Source: Opitutia bacterium ISCC 52 (lineage in GTDB: Bacteria > Verrucomicrobiota > Verrucomicrobiia > Opitutales > UBA2995). Taken from it: DNA of 32,000 nt. Location: positions 2,095,894 to 2,127,893 of the forward strand of contig CP076040.1 in assembly GCA_014529675.2 (NCBI GenBank). Direction: 5' to 3'. Below, one piece after another: positions 1-10,427 of this stretch. Both the position numbers and the translations under genes were made by a program. Under the pieces are notes generated by a model, which saw only the letters and a program-made list of their open reading frames with translations, was not told the DNA's origin and made no database searches. The first letter of the stretch is position 1; each line of letters begins with the position of its first letter.

Positions 1-2
1 TA

Positions 3-368
3 TTTCAAATCGCTACAAATTTAGCTCACAATAAATACTGGTACTGGTTTCGACGAAAACGGAGTGAATCCATCTCCCTGGAGCAGAGCCTATGCGATGA
101 CGGGGATTTTAGCATGATTGATATTTGTCCGGTTGAGGGGCAAACACCAAGCGAAGCAACGGTAACGCAAGAATTTGTTGATAAAGTTGCTGAAAATATG
201 AAAGATCTTTCGGAAAAGCATCACGAAATACTGGTGATGAGAAACGTGAAGAATATGTCGTATGATGAAATAGCCTCCGAATTGGACCTATCTATTGGTA
301 CGGTTAAGAGTCGTATTGCTCGTGCTCGCATGAGTTTGCGCGAAAAAATGGGTAAAGATTTTCAATGA
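3..368 (+). CDS. ECF-type RNA polymerase sigma factor (sigma-70 region 2/4), truncated by the window edge
   Basis: The ORF track starts at 114, but the frame is open from base 3 (FQIATNLAHNKYWYWFRRKRSESISLEQSLCDDGDFSMIDIC...), resembling the end of region 2. Region 4 is MRNVKNMSYDEIASELDLSIGTVKSRIARARMSLREKM. Confidence 0.85.
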   Translation, partial: FQIATNLAHNKYWYWFRRKRSESISLEQSLCDDGDFSMIDICPVEGQTPSEATVTQEFVDKVAENMKDLSEKHHEILVMRNVKNMSYDEIASELDLSIGTVKSRIARARMSLREKMGKDFQ

Positions 369-988
369 CGGATGATGTTTTCGAAGACCTCGTAAACCTA
401 TATCTGGACAAAGAAATTAGCCCAGCACAGCTCCGGATACTCAAAGAGGAGCTGCTGCGCAATTCGGATAGACGGTCTACCTTCGAAAGCTATTGCCGAA
501 TGCACCAGGCAACACATTTCGCTGCACTCAGTGCTGCGCCGGTGATTCCTCGCCTCCATTCAAATCTAGAACCTGGAAAGGGAAAACCCGCATTTTTCGC
601 TCTCAGCAGGCAAGTATTTGCCGCTGCGACAATCATAGCCGTAGTAGGGTCTTTCGCTACGATTTATTTCAATGGACCATTTGGTAAGTCGCGTATTGTT
701 CAAGTTTCTCAGAGCAATTTGCAGCCCATCGAAAGATTTGCTCAGCCAGCTGAGCCTTTCATTACACAACCAACTTTGGAGTTTTTTCGCGCGGATAATC
801 AGAGTGCAGCGGAAGAGTGGGCTTATTTGCAGGAATTGCGCCATGCGAGAGCTACACCTGAGTTTCAATCATCTCAGGAACCTGCCTTGTATACTTGGGT
901 TGATGGCGAGATTCGTGAAAAGAAGAAAACCGTAAATCCTGGACCGGCCTTCGAATTCGAGTACTCAAACTATGAGTTTCGGCGGTAG
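365..988 (+). CDS. putative anti-sigma factor-like membrane protein
   Basis: Overlaps the sigma factor stop by 4 bp (ATGA). N-terminal LYLDKEISPAQLRILKEELLRNSDRRSTFESYCRMHQ is followed by one hydrophobic segment (VFAAATIIAVVGSFATIYF). Confidence 0.55.
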   Translation: MTDDVFEDLVNLYLDKEISPAQLRILKEELLRNSDRRSTFESYCRMHQATHFAALSAAPVIPRLHSNLEPGKGKPAFFALSRQVFAAATIIAVVGSFATIYFNGPFGKSRIVQVSQSNLQPIERFAQPAEPFITQPTLEFFRADNQSAAEEWAYLQELRHARATPEFQSSQEPALYTWVDGEIREKKKTVNPGPAFEFEYSNYEFRR

Positions 989-1001
989 GGCCGTGTCAGC
1001 A

Positions 1002-1622
1002 TTAGGAATTTAAAGCCGTCTTGATAATTTCCTCAACCGTAGCTGCTGGCCCCAATTTCGCAATGGCTCGATTAATTGACTTGTCAGCCTCGGTAGTTTT
1101 GTAACCCAAAGCAGTGAGCGCAGCGATAGCGTCCTGGAATTTGGTCATACCTTCATCGTCAATGGCTGCTGTTTCACTAGAAGGTATAGAGGGTGAGGCG
1201 GGAGTGGAGCCAAAGCCTTTCCCTACTTTATCTCTCAATTCAATAATTAGCCTTTCGGCGGTTTTTTTTCCTATGCCAGGGCATTGAGAAAGCAGTTTTG
1301 TATCGCCGCTGATTATGGCTGCTTCCAGCATTTTTGTACTGAGTTTACTAAATAGTGTGAGTGCCATTTTTGGCCCCACGCCTGAGACTTTCTCGACGAG
1401 TAGCTTGAAAAACTCTCTATCCTCGCGTTTCACGAACCCGTATAGGGATTGGGAATCATCACGATAGACTGCATAAGTATAGAGTTTAGCCTGATTACCT
1501 GGGGGAGGCAGTTTTTCGGCCGTGGTTATTGGAATATTGACCTCATAGCCCACACCTCCTGCCTCAATCACTACTTGAAGAAGGTGACTTTCAATGACTT
1601 TTCCTTTTAGGGAGGCGATCAT
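1002..1622 (-). CDS. ruvA: Holliday junction branch migration protein RuvA
   Basis: MIASLKGKVIE..., VGYEVNIP, TLFSKL, LLSQCPGIGKKTAERLIIELRDK (helix-hairpin-helix), and a C-terminal AIAALTALGYKTTEADKSI domain. Confidence 0.95.
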   Translation of the reverse strand: MIASLKGKVIESHLLQVVIEAGGVGYEVNIPITTAEKLPPPGNQAKLYTYAVYRDDSQSLYGFVKREDREFFKLLVEKVSGVGPKMALTLFSKLSTKMLEAAIISGDTKLLSQCPGIGKKTAERLIIELRDKVGKGFGSTPASPSIPSSETAAIDDEGMTKFQDAIAALTALGYKTTEADKSINRAIAKLGPAATVEEIIKTALNS

Positions 1623-1625
1623 AAG

Positions 1626-2357
1626 TTACTTCAGTCCCAAAACGTCCTGCATGTGGTAAATACCTGGCTTTTGAGACACTAACCATTCTCCTGCGTGGAC
1701 GGCGCCACGCGCAAAAATCATACGATCGGATGCTTTATGGGTGAGTTCAAGTCGCTCTCCCAAAGTTGAAAATACAACCGTATGGTCACCTACCACATCT
1801 CCACCGCGCATGCTGTGAACTCCTATTTCACGATCGGTTCTTTCACCGATAATGCCTTCGCGGCCGTGAAGCAATTCATGGTCAGACCGTTGGCTAGCTG
1901 CTTTTACTCTCTCTAAGAGGTTCTCGGCAGTACCACTCGGTGCATCCTTTTTGTAGCGATGATGCATTTCAATGACCTCAACATCGTATTCGTTAGGAAG
2001 GATTTCTGATGCTTTTTGTGTCAAATAGAACAACAGGTTAACGCCTAATGAATAGTTTCCCGCCCAAACAGCAGCGGTCGATTCTAAAGCTTTAGTAATA
2101 TCGGTTTTCTCTTTTTCGCTATGGCCTGTCGTACCAATGATTAAAGGAATCCCTTTTTGCCCCGCGCATTTCGCTAATTCAAGCGTGGCGGAGTGGTGAC
2201 TAAAATCGATAGCTAGATCTGCACCGGTGATGGCATCTTTAACGCAATCCCCCAGATCAATTCCTGCAACGATAGTATGTCCACGTTCCTCTGCTGCTTG
2301 CTTCAATGCCAGGCCCATACGACCAAGCGACCCTTGGATTAGAATCTTTAAGCTCAT
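1626..2357 (-). CDS. dapB: 4-hydroxy-tetrahydrodipicolinate reductase
   Basis: ILIQGSLGRMG, DFSHHSATLE, IGTTGHS, EVIEMHHRYKKDAPSGTA and GERTDREIGVHSMRGGDVVGDHTV motifs. Start overlaps the dapA stop by 4 bp. Confidence 0.95.
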   Translation of the reverse strand: MSLKILIQGSLGRMGLALKQAAEERGHTIVAGIDLGDCVKDAITGADLAIDFSHHSATLELAKCAGQKGIPLIIGTTGHSEKEKTDITKALESTAAVWAGNYSLGVNLLFYLTQKASEILPNEYDVEVIEMHHRYKKDAPSGTAENLLERVKAASQRSDHELLHGREGIIGERTDREIGVHSMRGGDVVGDHTVVFSTLGERLELTHKASDRMIFARGAVHAGEWLVSQKPGIYHMQDVLGLK

Positions 2358-3250
2358 CCCTGTAATCTCTCTTCCAGTTCTTTGACGGTCTTAGATATCA
2401 GCTGATAATTTGCATCGCTGATGGCGCATAACGGACGGCGTACATCTGCTGTATCTATAAGGTTCGCATCTCTCATCGCTGTTTTTACAGGAACAGGATT
2501 TGGCTCAACAAATAGATTAACAAATAAAGAGTATAATTGTTCATTGAGTGCAGATGCTCCAGCCATGTCATTTTCCATAGCGGCTCTGACCATATTTACT
2601 ACTGGCTTGGGCACCAAGTTGGAGGCGACGGAAATCACACCTTTGGCTCCTACACTCATGAACGGTAAAGTTAAGCTATCATCACCACTAAGAATTGTCA
2701 TGTCGTCGCCCAGAGCTTGGCGTATTTCGCATACTCTTTCTGTTTTTCCACCCGCTTCTTTGATGTAATTCACATGGGGATACTTCTCCCGAAGCCTGAT
2801 CAATGTCTCTATGCCGATTTCGATTACACAACGGCCTGGAATTGAATACAAAACGATAGGCTTGTCTGTTTCCTCGGCAATGGCCCTAAAATACTGGAAG
2901 AGCCCTTCCTGGCTGGGTTTGTTGTAATAGGGGGTCACAACCAACATACCGTCTACACCTGCTTCATGGGCTGATTTAGTCATGGCAACCGCTTCCCGGG
3001 TGGAATTCGAGCCCGTTCCTGCGATCACGGGGACGCGGTTAGCTGCTTTATCTACCACACGTTGAACTACTTGCAGATGCTCTTCATGATTGAGGGTAGG
3101 GGATTCGCCCGTTGTTCCAACTGGTACCAAGCCCTGAATTCCTTCCTGAATCTGCCATTCGGTAAACGAAGCCAATCCTTCCCAGTCCACTTCCCCCTCC
3201 TTAAACGGGGTGACCATTGCCGTAAGGACGCCGTAAAAATTATCAGACAT
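2354..3250 (-). CDS. dapA: 4-hydroxy-tetrahydrodipicolinate synthase
   Basis: LTAMVTPFKEGEVDWEGL, VPVGTTGESPTL, GTGSNSTREAV, VVTPYYNKPSQEGL, YSIPGRCVIEI, IKEAGG, LSGDDSLTLPFMSVGAKGVISV motifs. Confidence 0.95.
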   Translation of the reverse strand: MSDNFYGVLTAMVTPFKEGEVDWEGLASFTEWQIQEGIQGLVPVGTTGESPTLNHEEHLQVVQRVVDKAANRVPVIAGTGSNSTREAVAMTKSAHEAGVDGMLVVTPYYNKPSQEGLFQYFRAIAEETDKPIVLYSIPGRCVIEIGIETLIRLREKYPHVNYIKEAGGKTERVCEIRQALGDDMTILSGDDSLTLPFMSVGAKGVISVASNLVPKPVVNMVRAAMENDMAGASALNEQLYSLFVNLFVEPNPVPVKTAMRDANLIDTADVRRPLCAISDANYQLISKTVKELEERLQG

Positions 3251-3368
3251 TGTGATTTCTGGTTAAATATCAACAGGGAGTAGGTTTTGTTTCACTGCAA
3301 GAATCAAGAAACTCTTTATATCTGCTGCGAAAGCAAGCTTCTTAACTCCTCTATCTTCCACCCAATTT

Positions 3369-4471
3369 ATGAGCGCTGAAGAAATCATTAATAGCCTACT
3401 CAAACTTGCTGTCGAAAACGAGGCGAGTGATATCCATATCAAGTCCGACAAGCCTGGGATTTTACGCCTCAACGGTATTCTTCAGGAAGTAGACATGGAG
3501 CCTATCTCTGCTGCCGAAGCTAGAGATTTCATTACTGAAACGGTTCCATACAAGTTTAAGGATGACTGGGAACACGATGGTCAAATTGACTACAGCTATT
3601 CCATCACTGGAATTGGGCGTTTTCGTGTTAATGGTTTTTTTCAACGCGGAACGGTGAGTGTGGTTTTTCGTCATCTGAAGGATCAGGCTCCTACGTTTGA
3701 CGAATTGAATATATCGAACGGGGAAGTATTAGAGAAACTTTGTAAGCTAAAGGACGGTGTCGTTTTAATCTGCGGAGCTACCGGGTCAGGTAAATCTTCT
3801 ACTTTGGCTTCGATGATTAATTGGATTAATAATAATCTAAATCGTCACGTGGTAACGCTTGAGGATCCAATCGAATTTAATTTCGACGATCGGAAATCTG
3901 TATTCAACCAGAGAGAAATCGGCATTGATGCTCCTAGTTTTTCTCATGGCATGCGAGCTGTTCTGCGTCAGGATCCCGACATTATTCTTATTGGTGAGAT
4001 GCGTGATAAGACCACCTTTGAAACAGCTCTATCGGCTGCTGAGACCGGACACCTAGTACTTTCCACACTTCACTCATCTGGTTCACAACAAGCAGTTCAA
4101 CGTGTATTTGAGTTTTTCCCACCAGAACAACAGGTCATCTGCGACGTCAGATAGCCGGTTCATTAAAAGCTATTTGTACGCAGCGTTTGATTCCTAGCCT
4201 TGAAGGTGACAAGCGTTATCCTGCGATCGAAACCTTTGTCATAGACTCGTTAGGTAAAAACATCATTCAAGAAGGCCAGTTCGAAAAAATACCCGCGGTT
4301 GTCGAAGCAGGTAAGGAAAATGGTTCAAATACTTTCAATCAAAGCCTCTACGAACTCGTTCAAGAAGGATTGATAAGTAAAACTGACGCACTGAAGTTTT
4401 CTCCAAATCCAAAGGCTCTAGAGATGAACCTGAAGGGTATCTTCCTCAGTTCTGGAGGAATCGTTTCTTAA
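3369..4471 (+). pseudogene. pilT: PilT-like twitching motility / type IV pilus retraction ATPase, interrupted by an apparent 1-nt deletion near 4137-4142
   Basis: First segment has the Walker A motif ICGATGSGKSSTLASM, Asp/His boxes and GEMRDKTTFETALSAAETGHLVLSTLHS, then ends EQQVICDVR*. Reading from 4142 in the next frame gives RRQIAGSLKAICTQRLIPSLEGDKRYPAIETF... to 4471. Confidence 0.8.
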
Positions 4472-4552
4472 AGGCATCTGGCGGAAGTATATAGGGGTAG
4501 GGGACTTTTTTATTGATTGGTTCCCACAATTCTGATGCCTGATGTGCCCCAT

Positions 4553-5464
4553 ATGGAAACAGGACTCATTTTTTCAGGGCAAGGCGCTCAAAAAGTAGGT
4601 ATGGGCAAATCTCTTTACGAGAGCAGTCCCATTGCGAAATCACTCTACGATCAAGCAAACGAAGTGCTAGGCTACGACTTTACGCAGGTCTGCTTCGAAG
4701 GACCGGAAGAAGATTTGACCAAGACAGACGTCTGTCAGCCTGCTTTGTATGTCCATGGATTAGCAGTCCATGCTCTTTGGAAAGAATCCAATCCTAGCAA
4801 CCGACCCGTGTGTGCGTTGGGTCTAAGTCTGGGTGAATTGACTGCATTGGCAGCAGCTGGAGTTTACGACTTTGAAGTCGGCTTGAAGATAGTAGCTGAA
4901 AGAGGGCGACTCATGCAAATGGCCTGTGATCAGACCAATGGAGGCATGGCTAGTGTGCTAGGTGGTGAGAGAGAAGCCGTAAAGCAACTTGCAGCTGAAT
5001 TCGACGTCGATATGGCCAATTTGAACTGTCCTGGCCAAATCGTGATTTCTGGAGAAGCTTCAAAAATAGCACAAGCTGTTGATGCCTTGAAGGATAGGGG
5101 TTTTAAACGCGTTCTTCCTCTAACGGTCGCGGGTGCGTATCACAGTCGTTTAATGGAGCCAGCTCGAGCAGCTTTTGAAGCCTATTTGGCTGATATCCCT
5201 TTTCGTGAACCCGAAATATCTGTGTATTCAAATGTTGATGCTGCAACAAGTGACTCTCCGGATGTCATTAAAGCCAATCTTGTTAAGCAGGTCGTTTCAT
5301 CCGTGCTGTGGGAAGACTGTATGCTGAATGCTCGTTCTTCTTCAGGAGTGGATTCTTTTATTGAATGCGGAATGGGTGGGGTGCTCAAAGGTCTCGCCAA
5401 GCGTATTGACCATGAATTGGTGGTGACTTCTTTTCAGGATTTCTCTGATTTCGAGCAATCCTGA
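4553..5464 (+). CDS. fabD: malonyl CoA-acyl carrier protein transacylase
   Basis: METGLIFSGQGAQKVGMG, active-site ALGLSLGELTALAAAGV, VAGAYHSRLMEPA, VYSNVDA, ECGMGGVLKGL. The ORF track start at 4517 is a TTG; an in-frame ATG at 4553 fits the family start better. Confidence 0.9.
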   Translation: METGLIFSGQGAQKVGMGKSLYESSPIAKSLYDQANEVLGYDFTQVCFEGPEEDLTKTDVCQPALYVHGLAVHALWKESNPSNRPVCALGLSLGELTALAAAGVYDFEVGLKIVAERGRLMQMACDQTNGGMASVLGGEREAVKQLAAEFDVDMANLNCPGQIVISGEASKIAQAVDALKDRGFKRVLPLTVAGAYHSRLMEPARAAFEAYLADIPFREPEISVYSNVDAATSDSPDVIKANLVKQVVSSVLWEDCMLNARSSSGVDSFIECGMGGVLKGLAKRIDHELVVTSFQDFSDFEQS

Positions 5465-5477
5465 TTCCCTGGGGAAA

Positions 5478-5500
5478 AGCCTTGCTTAGGCTCATTTTTT
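5478..5500 (+). terminator. weak Rho-independent terminator candidate after fabD
   Basis: AGCCT (5478-5482) / AGGCT (5488-5492) short stem followed closely by a T-tract (5495-5500), just past the fabD stop. Confidence 0.35.
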
Positions 5501-5567
5501 CGATCCAATTTCCACCTTCCATTCAAAGCTAGGAAAGCTTTGAGTGAAAGCGACTTCGCGCTATTTT

Positions 5568-7370
5568 ATGCCGCCACTTTCTGACATCCGCAATTTTTGC
5601 ATTATCGCCCATGTTGATCATGGGAAAACTACACTGTCTGATCGATTGCTCGAACATACCGAAACCGTTGTGCAGCGCGAGATGAAGGATCAGTTATTGG
5701 ATTCAATGGATCTCGAACGGGAGAGGGGGATTACGATCAAATCACATCCTGTGAGTATGATCTACAAGTCCACGAGAGGTAAAGAATACCGATTTAACCT
5801 CATTGATACTCCGGGGCATGTTGATTTTTCTTATGAAGTATCTAGAAGTCTTGCAGCTGCAGAAGGCGCTTTGCTGCTTATTGATGCTGCACAAGGCGTA
5901 GAAGCTCAAACGGTTGCAAATGCTCATCTGGCTCTGTCTCAGGATTTGGCGATCATCCCGGTTATCAACAAAATCGATTTGCCGGGCGCTGATTTGGACC
6001 TCTGTTTACATCAACTGGAGGAAATCCTGGCTATACCTTCTGAAGAAGCGGTTTTAGCGAGTGCCAAAGAGGGGATTGGAATTGAAGAAATCCTGGAAGC
6101 TGTAGTGGATAGAGTTCCTCCACCTAGATTAGCAGATTACCCGCAAACACGTACCCTTGTTTTTGATTCAGTTTATGACTCCTATAAGGGAGTGATCTGC
6201 TACGTAAGAATGTTTTCCGGAACTTTGAAGCGCGGCGACAAGATACAGATGATGAGCGATGAGGTAAGAGCGGAAGTCAAAGAGGTTGGCATCTTTACGC
6301 CTCAGATGAAAGACGTGGATGAAATTACAGCGGGGAACTCCGGTTATGTTGTGACGAACATCAAAGCGGTGTCCGATATTAAGATTGGTGACACCATCAC
6401 TTTGGAAAAGGATCCCGCCAAAGAAATGCTTCCTGGCTATCAAGAAGTGCGCCCCATGGTCTATAGTGGTATTTACCCAATTGATACTTCCGATTACCAA
6501 AAACTAAAAACAGGTATGGGCAAGTTGCGGCTGAATGACGCCGCGTTTACCTATCAGGCAGAGAGCTCAGTTGCTTTAGGATATGGGTTTCGTTGCGGAT
6601 TTCTCGGATTACTTCATATGGAAATTGTCCAGGAACGTATCCGCCGTGAGTACAATTTAGACATCATAGCCACGTATCCAAGTGTTGTATACAAATTAAA
6701 GACTACGGATCATCAATTCCTGGAAGTCGACAATCCGGTAAATCTTCCAGATCCAGAGACGATTGACTATATGGAAGAACCTATGATCGAGGCTACGATC
6801 CATATACCCAGTGAGTTCATTGGGGACATTTTGGCTTTGGTCATGGATAAGCGCGGACTATGCGAGCATACGGAAACGCTAGATGAGGCTCGGCTAATGT
6901 TGACCTGCAGGCTGCCGCTCAACGAAGTATTGGTCGATTTCAACGACAAGCTTAAGAGTATCACAAAGGGGTACGGCTCAATGGATTATGAGTTCACCGA
7001 CTATCAGCGATCAAAATTAGTGAAGCTAGATATTCTTGTTAACGGGGAACCTGTTGATGCCTTTTCGTCCATTGTTCATATAGATAAGGCGCCGAGTAAG
7101 GGGCGAGAACTGTGCAAGAAGTTGAAAGAAATTCTACCTCGCCAAATGTTTAAGATTCCCGTCCAGGCGAGCATTGGCGGTAAGGTAGTCGCACGGGAAA
7201 CCTTAAGCGCATTTCGAAAGGATGTGACCGCCAAATGTTATGGAGGAGACATTACGCGAAAAAAGAAACTCCTAGAGAAGCAGAAAGAAGGAAAAAAGCG
7301 GATGAAACAGATCGGCAAAGTTTCCATCCCGCAAGAGGCATTCATTGATATCCTCAAAAATTCAAATTAA
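5568..7370 (+). CDS. lepA: elongation factor 4 (ribosome back-translocase LepA)
   Basis: MPPLSDIRNFCIIAHVDHGKTTLSDRLLE, DTPGHVDF, NKIDLPGAD, full-length C-terminal LepA domain. The track start at 5544 is a GTG; ATG at 5568 matches the family N-terminus. Confidence 0.96.
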   Translation: MPPLSDIRNFCIIAHVDHGKTTLSDRLLEHTETVVQREMKDQLLDSMDLERERGITIKSHPVSMIYKSTRGKEYRFNLIDTPGHVDFSYEVSRSLAAAEGALLLIDAAQGVEAQTVANAHLALSQDLAIIPVINKIDLPGADLDLCLHQLEEILAIPSEEAVLASAKEGIGIEEILEAVVDRVPPPRLADYPQTRTLVFDSVYDSYKGVICYVRMFSGTLKRGDKIQMMSDEVRAEVKEVGIFTPQMKDVDEITAGNSGYVVTNIKAVSDIKIGDTITLEKDPAKEMLPGYQEVRPMVYSGIYPIDTSDYQKLKTGMGKLRLNDAAFTYQAESSVALGYGFRCGFLGLLHMEIVQERIRREYNLDIIATYPSVVYKLKTTDHQFLEVDNPVNLPDPETIDYMEEPMIEATIHIPSEFIGDILALVMDKRGLCEHTETLDEARLMLTCRLPLNEVLVDFNDKLKSITKGYGSMDYEFTDYQRSKLVKLDILVNGEPVDAFSSIVHIDKAPSKGRELCKKLKEILPRQMFKIPVQASIGGKVVARETLSAFRKDVTAKCYGGDITRKKKLLEKQKEGKKRMKQIGKVSIPQEAFIDILKNSN

Positions 7371-7435
7371 AGCTGCAGTATTTTTGATTATTTGAACATT
7401 TCACCGGTTTAACCCCAAACCACAGATACGGCTAA

Positions 7436-8701
7436 GTGAACGCATTTTTTAAAAAGAAGAATCATAAGAAGCTCAGGGAACAGGCAGAAAACTGGCTCCG
7501 CTTAGCAGAAAAAGTCTATCACTTCAGGAAAGACATTATTTCTGCGGAAAACATGAAAGATCTTCATGATACATCCTCGATCCTTAATAAGGCGTTAAAG
7601 AAAAAAGGGGATGAAGACTGGGGGAAAGTTCGTTTGGCTTCCGAAGAGCTGGAATCTGTACTCAAACGAAAAGAAGTAGGCGGCTATTTTTATCCACAAA
7701 GTTTTTGGGCAGAGAATGCCGAAATGTTCCTTGTAGCCGCTATTGTGGCTTTAGCTATACGAACCTTTTTTCTTCAACCTTTTAAGATCCCAACCAATTC
7801 CATGTTTCCTTCTTACAATGGAATGACTCATGAGGTTTACGAAGATGGATCTTCGCCCAGTAGCGCTGGAAACCTATTGCGCTTTTTATCCTGGGGCACA
7901 CTTAGGAGAGATGTCGTAGCTCCAGATTCAGGAGAAGTCTTGGTGCCGGTCCGCAGTTTTGAGAGAGTTCCTGGTAGAAAATTCTTTTTGTTTCCAACGA
8001 CTTTAAATGAATTCACAATTCGTGTAGGTGAAGAAGAGACGACCTTTACAGTTCCTGGAGAATTTTATCCATACGAAGCATTCAAGGATGCTTATTTTCC
8101 TGAAGATGATCGTGAATGGAGCGAATTGCTTCAGGATCCGAAAATACAGTCCAAAATTGTTAGGATTCGTGGAAGATTGTTTCTCCGCACAGGAAGAGAA
8201 GTTAAACAAGGAAAGTCGGCGCTGTCATTTGCAATTCATACCGGAGATGCGTTATTCGTAGATCGAATCTCATATCACTTCAAAAGACCTGACGTTGGCG
8301 AAGCGGTTGTTTTTAAAACGGAGAATATTCCTACGATTGAAAAACCAGATAAATATTACATCAAACGCCTGGTTGGAGTTCCTGGGGACGAGCTGCAAGT
8401 TAAAGCACCAAAACTATACAGAAATGGTGAATTGATAACTGGGGCTTCTGCATTTGAAAAGAATGCTACTCAGGAAGAAAAGTATCCTGGTTACTCATAC
8501 AGAGGATTGAGTAGACAACATTATTTGAATAATCCTAATACAACTGTGACCATTCCAGAAGATTATTTCTTCGCTATGGGTGATAATTCACCGCACAGTT
8601 CTGATAGTCGTTACTGGGGGTTCGTTCCAAAAAGAGAAATGGTCGGCAAAGCGATGTTCATCTATTATCCCTTCACGCATCGCTGGGGTATCGCCAAATA
8701 G
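7436..8701 (+). CDS. lepB: signal peptidase I, long variant with N-terminal extension
   Basis: Catalytic Ser box FKIPTNSMFPSYNG, catalytic Lys box KYYIKRLVGVPGDEL, and C-terminal GDNSPHSSDSRYWGFVP. Confidence 0.88.
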   Translation: MNAFFKKKNHKKLREQAENWLRLAEKVYHFRKDIISAENMKDLHDTSSILNKALKKKGDEDWGKVRLASEELESVLKRKEVGGYFYPQSFWAENAEMFLVAAIVALAIRTFFLQPFKIPTNSMFPSYNGMTHEVYEDGSSPSSAGNLLRFLSWGTLRRDVVAPDSGEVLVPVRSFERVPGRKFFLFPTTLNEFTIRVGEEETTFTVPGEFYPYEAFKDAYFPEDDREWSELLQDPKIQSKIVRIRGRLFLRTGREVKQGKSALSFAIHTGDALFVDRISYHFKRPDVGEAVVFKTENIPTIEKPDKYYIKRLVGVPGDELQVKAPKLYRNGELITGASAFEKNATQEEKYPGYSYRGLSRQHYLNNPNTTVTIPEDYFFAMGDNSPHSSDSRYWGFVPKREMVGKAMFIYYPFTHRWGIAK

Positions 8702-8891
8702 GCGAATATACTGTTTTTCAGGAAAATAAGTGGAATATAGCGAAATTATCTCAAGACGCACAATATATATTATGTCTAATATAGGGTTGGCGTCATTTCG
8801 CTGTGAAAATGATCCCCCGCCGTATGTTTTCTGTTTAAAAAGAAATTGAAGGATGTTGAGATAAAGCCATGTATTTGGCGGAAACTATATT

Positions 8892-10418
8892 GTGAAGATT
8901 CTCCCATTATTTAATTGGCTTACAGAACGAGGAACTGGTGTTCTTCTTCACCCAACTTGTTTTCCAGGAGACCAAGGTGTTGGTACCCTGGATCATTCTG
9001 CCCGACTGTTCATAGATTTTCTTGAAAAATCCGGCATTACGCATTGGCAAGTTTGCCCACTCGGTCCGACTGGATTTGGCGACTCACCCTATCAAACATT
9101 TTCCGCTTTTGCGGGTAATCCTTATTTGATCGATCTCAAGATAATGGTGGGCATTGGATTGTTAAGCGATGCGGACCTTGAGCCCTTTAGGTTTATGCCA
9201 AGCAGTCGAACTGACTTTGGCCTACTCTATCAAACTAAATGGTTAGTCCTACAGAAAGCTTTTCATTCATTTCAGGAACAAGCTCCTAAACATAAACTCA
9301 CTGAAGAATTCAATTCGTTCAGAATTAAACAGGAGAAATGGCTCAAGCCTTTCGGGTTGTTCATGGCGCTTAAGGAGAAATTTGAAGGTCGTAGTTGGCT
9401 CGAATGGCCTAATGCTTTTCGATCATTTAAATCGTTATCTGATAAAGATCTAGAACTAGAAGTTATTAAATCGGCAGAATCACATGAATTCTACCAGTTT
9501 TTATTTTTCAAACAATGGTCAGAGCTAAAGCAATATGCCAATGGTAAGGGTATTCAAATCATTGGAGACATACCAATTTTTGTATCTTTAGACAGTGTCG
9601 ACGTATGGTGTGACCCAGAGTATTTTCAAATAGATAAAAAGACAGGAAAACCCAAAGCTATGGCAGGTTGTCCTCCAGACTATTTCGCGAAAGATGGTCA
9701 GTTTTGGGGAAATCCACTATATGAGTGGAAAGCAATGAAGGCTGATGGATATTCTTGGTGGATTGATCGCTTTGAGTCTTCCTTTCAATTGTATGATGTC
9801 GTTCGGATTGATCACTTTCGTGGGTTTGAAGCGTATTGGTCAATTCCTGCTAAAGCAAAAACAGCAGCTGAGGGGAAATGGGTCAAAGGGCCTGGGCTTG
9901 CCGTCTTTAAGGCGATCAAAGAAAAGCTCCCCAAAGCTAAGATAATTGCCGAAGATTTGGGTCATATAACTCCTGAAGTCTCTGACCTGTTGGCGGATAC
10001 CGGCCTTCCTGGTATGGCAGTTCTTCAGTTTGCTTTTGGCGGCAGTAGTGACAACTTTTACCTGCCGCATAATCTAAAGGAGAATAGTGTCATTTATCCA
10101 GGTACCCATGATAATGATACGTCGATAAGTTGGTACGAAACCTCCGGTGATGTTATCCAGGATCACGTGCGCAGATATTATGATGTCGACGGCCAGAATG
10201 TCGGTTGGGATTTCATCAGATCCTGTTATCGTTCAGTTTCGAAATTGGCTGTCATCCCACTTCAAGATCTCATGAGTCTTGATGGCTCTGCGCGAATGAA
10301 CGAACCGGGTAATGCCCTTGGTAATTGGCAATGGCGATATCAGACCTGGCAACTGGAGGCCTTGATGAATGAGAGCTCAGATTATTTGGCAAGCTTAGCC
10401 AAGCTGAACGGTCGCTGA
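8892..10418 (+). CDS. malQ: 4-alpha-glucanotransferase (GH77)
   Basis: GVLLHPTCFPGDQGVGTL, GDIPIFVSLDSVDVW, VVRIDHFRGFEAYWSIPA, AEDLGHITPEV, GTHDNDTSISWY motifs. Confidence 0.93.
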   Translation: MKILPLFNWLTERGTGVLLHPTCFPGDQGVGTLDHSARLFIDFLEKSGITHWQVCPLGPTGFGDSPYQTFSAFAGNPYLIDLKIMVGIGLLSDADLEPFRFMPSSRTDFGLLYQTKWLVLQKAFHSFQEQAPKHKLTEEFNSFRIKQEKWLKPFGLFMALKEKFEGRSWLEWPNAFRSFKSLSDKDLELEVIKSAESHEFYQFLFFKQWSELKQYANGKGIQIIGDIPIFVSLDSVDVWCDPEYFQIDKKTGKPKAMAGCPPDYFAKDGQFWGNPLYEWKAMKADGYSWWIDRFESSFQLYDVVRIDHFRGFEAYWSIPAKAKTAAEGKWVKGPGLAVFKAIKEKLPKAKIIAEDLGHITPEVSDLLADTGLPGMAVLQFAFGGSSDNFYLPHNLKENSVIYPGTHDNDTSISWYETSGDVIQDHVRRYYDVDGQNVGWDFIRSCYRSVSKLAVIPLQDLMSLDGSARMNEPGNALGNWQWRYQTWQLEALMNESSDYLASLAKLNGR

Positions 10419-10427
10419 TAAATACAA

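Noticed and set aside
3369-4471. Programmed ribosomal frameshifting in pilT
   Set aside because: No slippery heptamer or obvious stimulatory structure near 4137-4142, and pilT is not a known frameshifting gene. A sequencing deletion or mutation is simpler.
8737-8804. Inverted repeat TAGCGAAAT ... ATTTCGCTG between lepB and malQ
   Set aside because: Short arms separated by about 50 nt in AT-rich spacer, with no T-tract or other support; could be chance.
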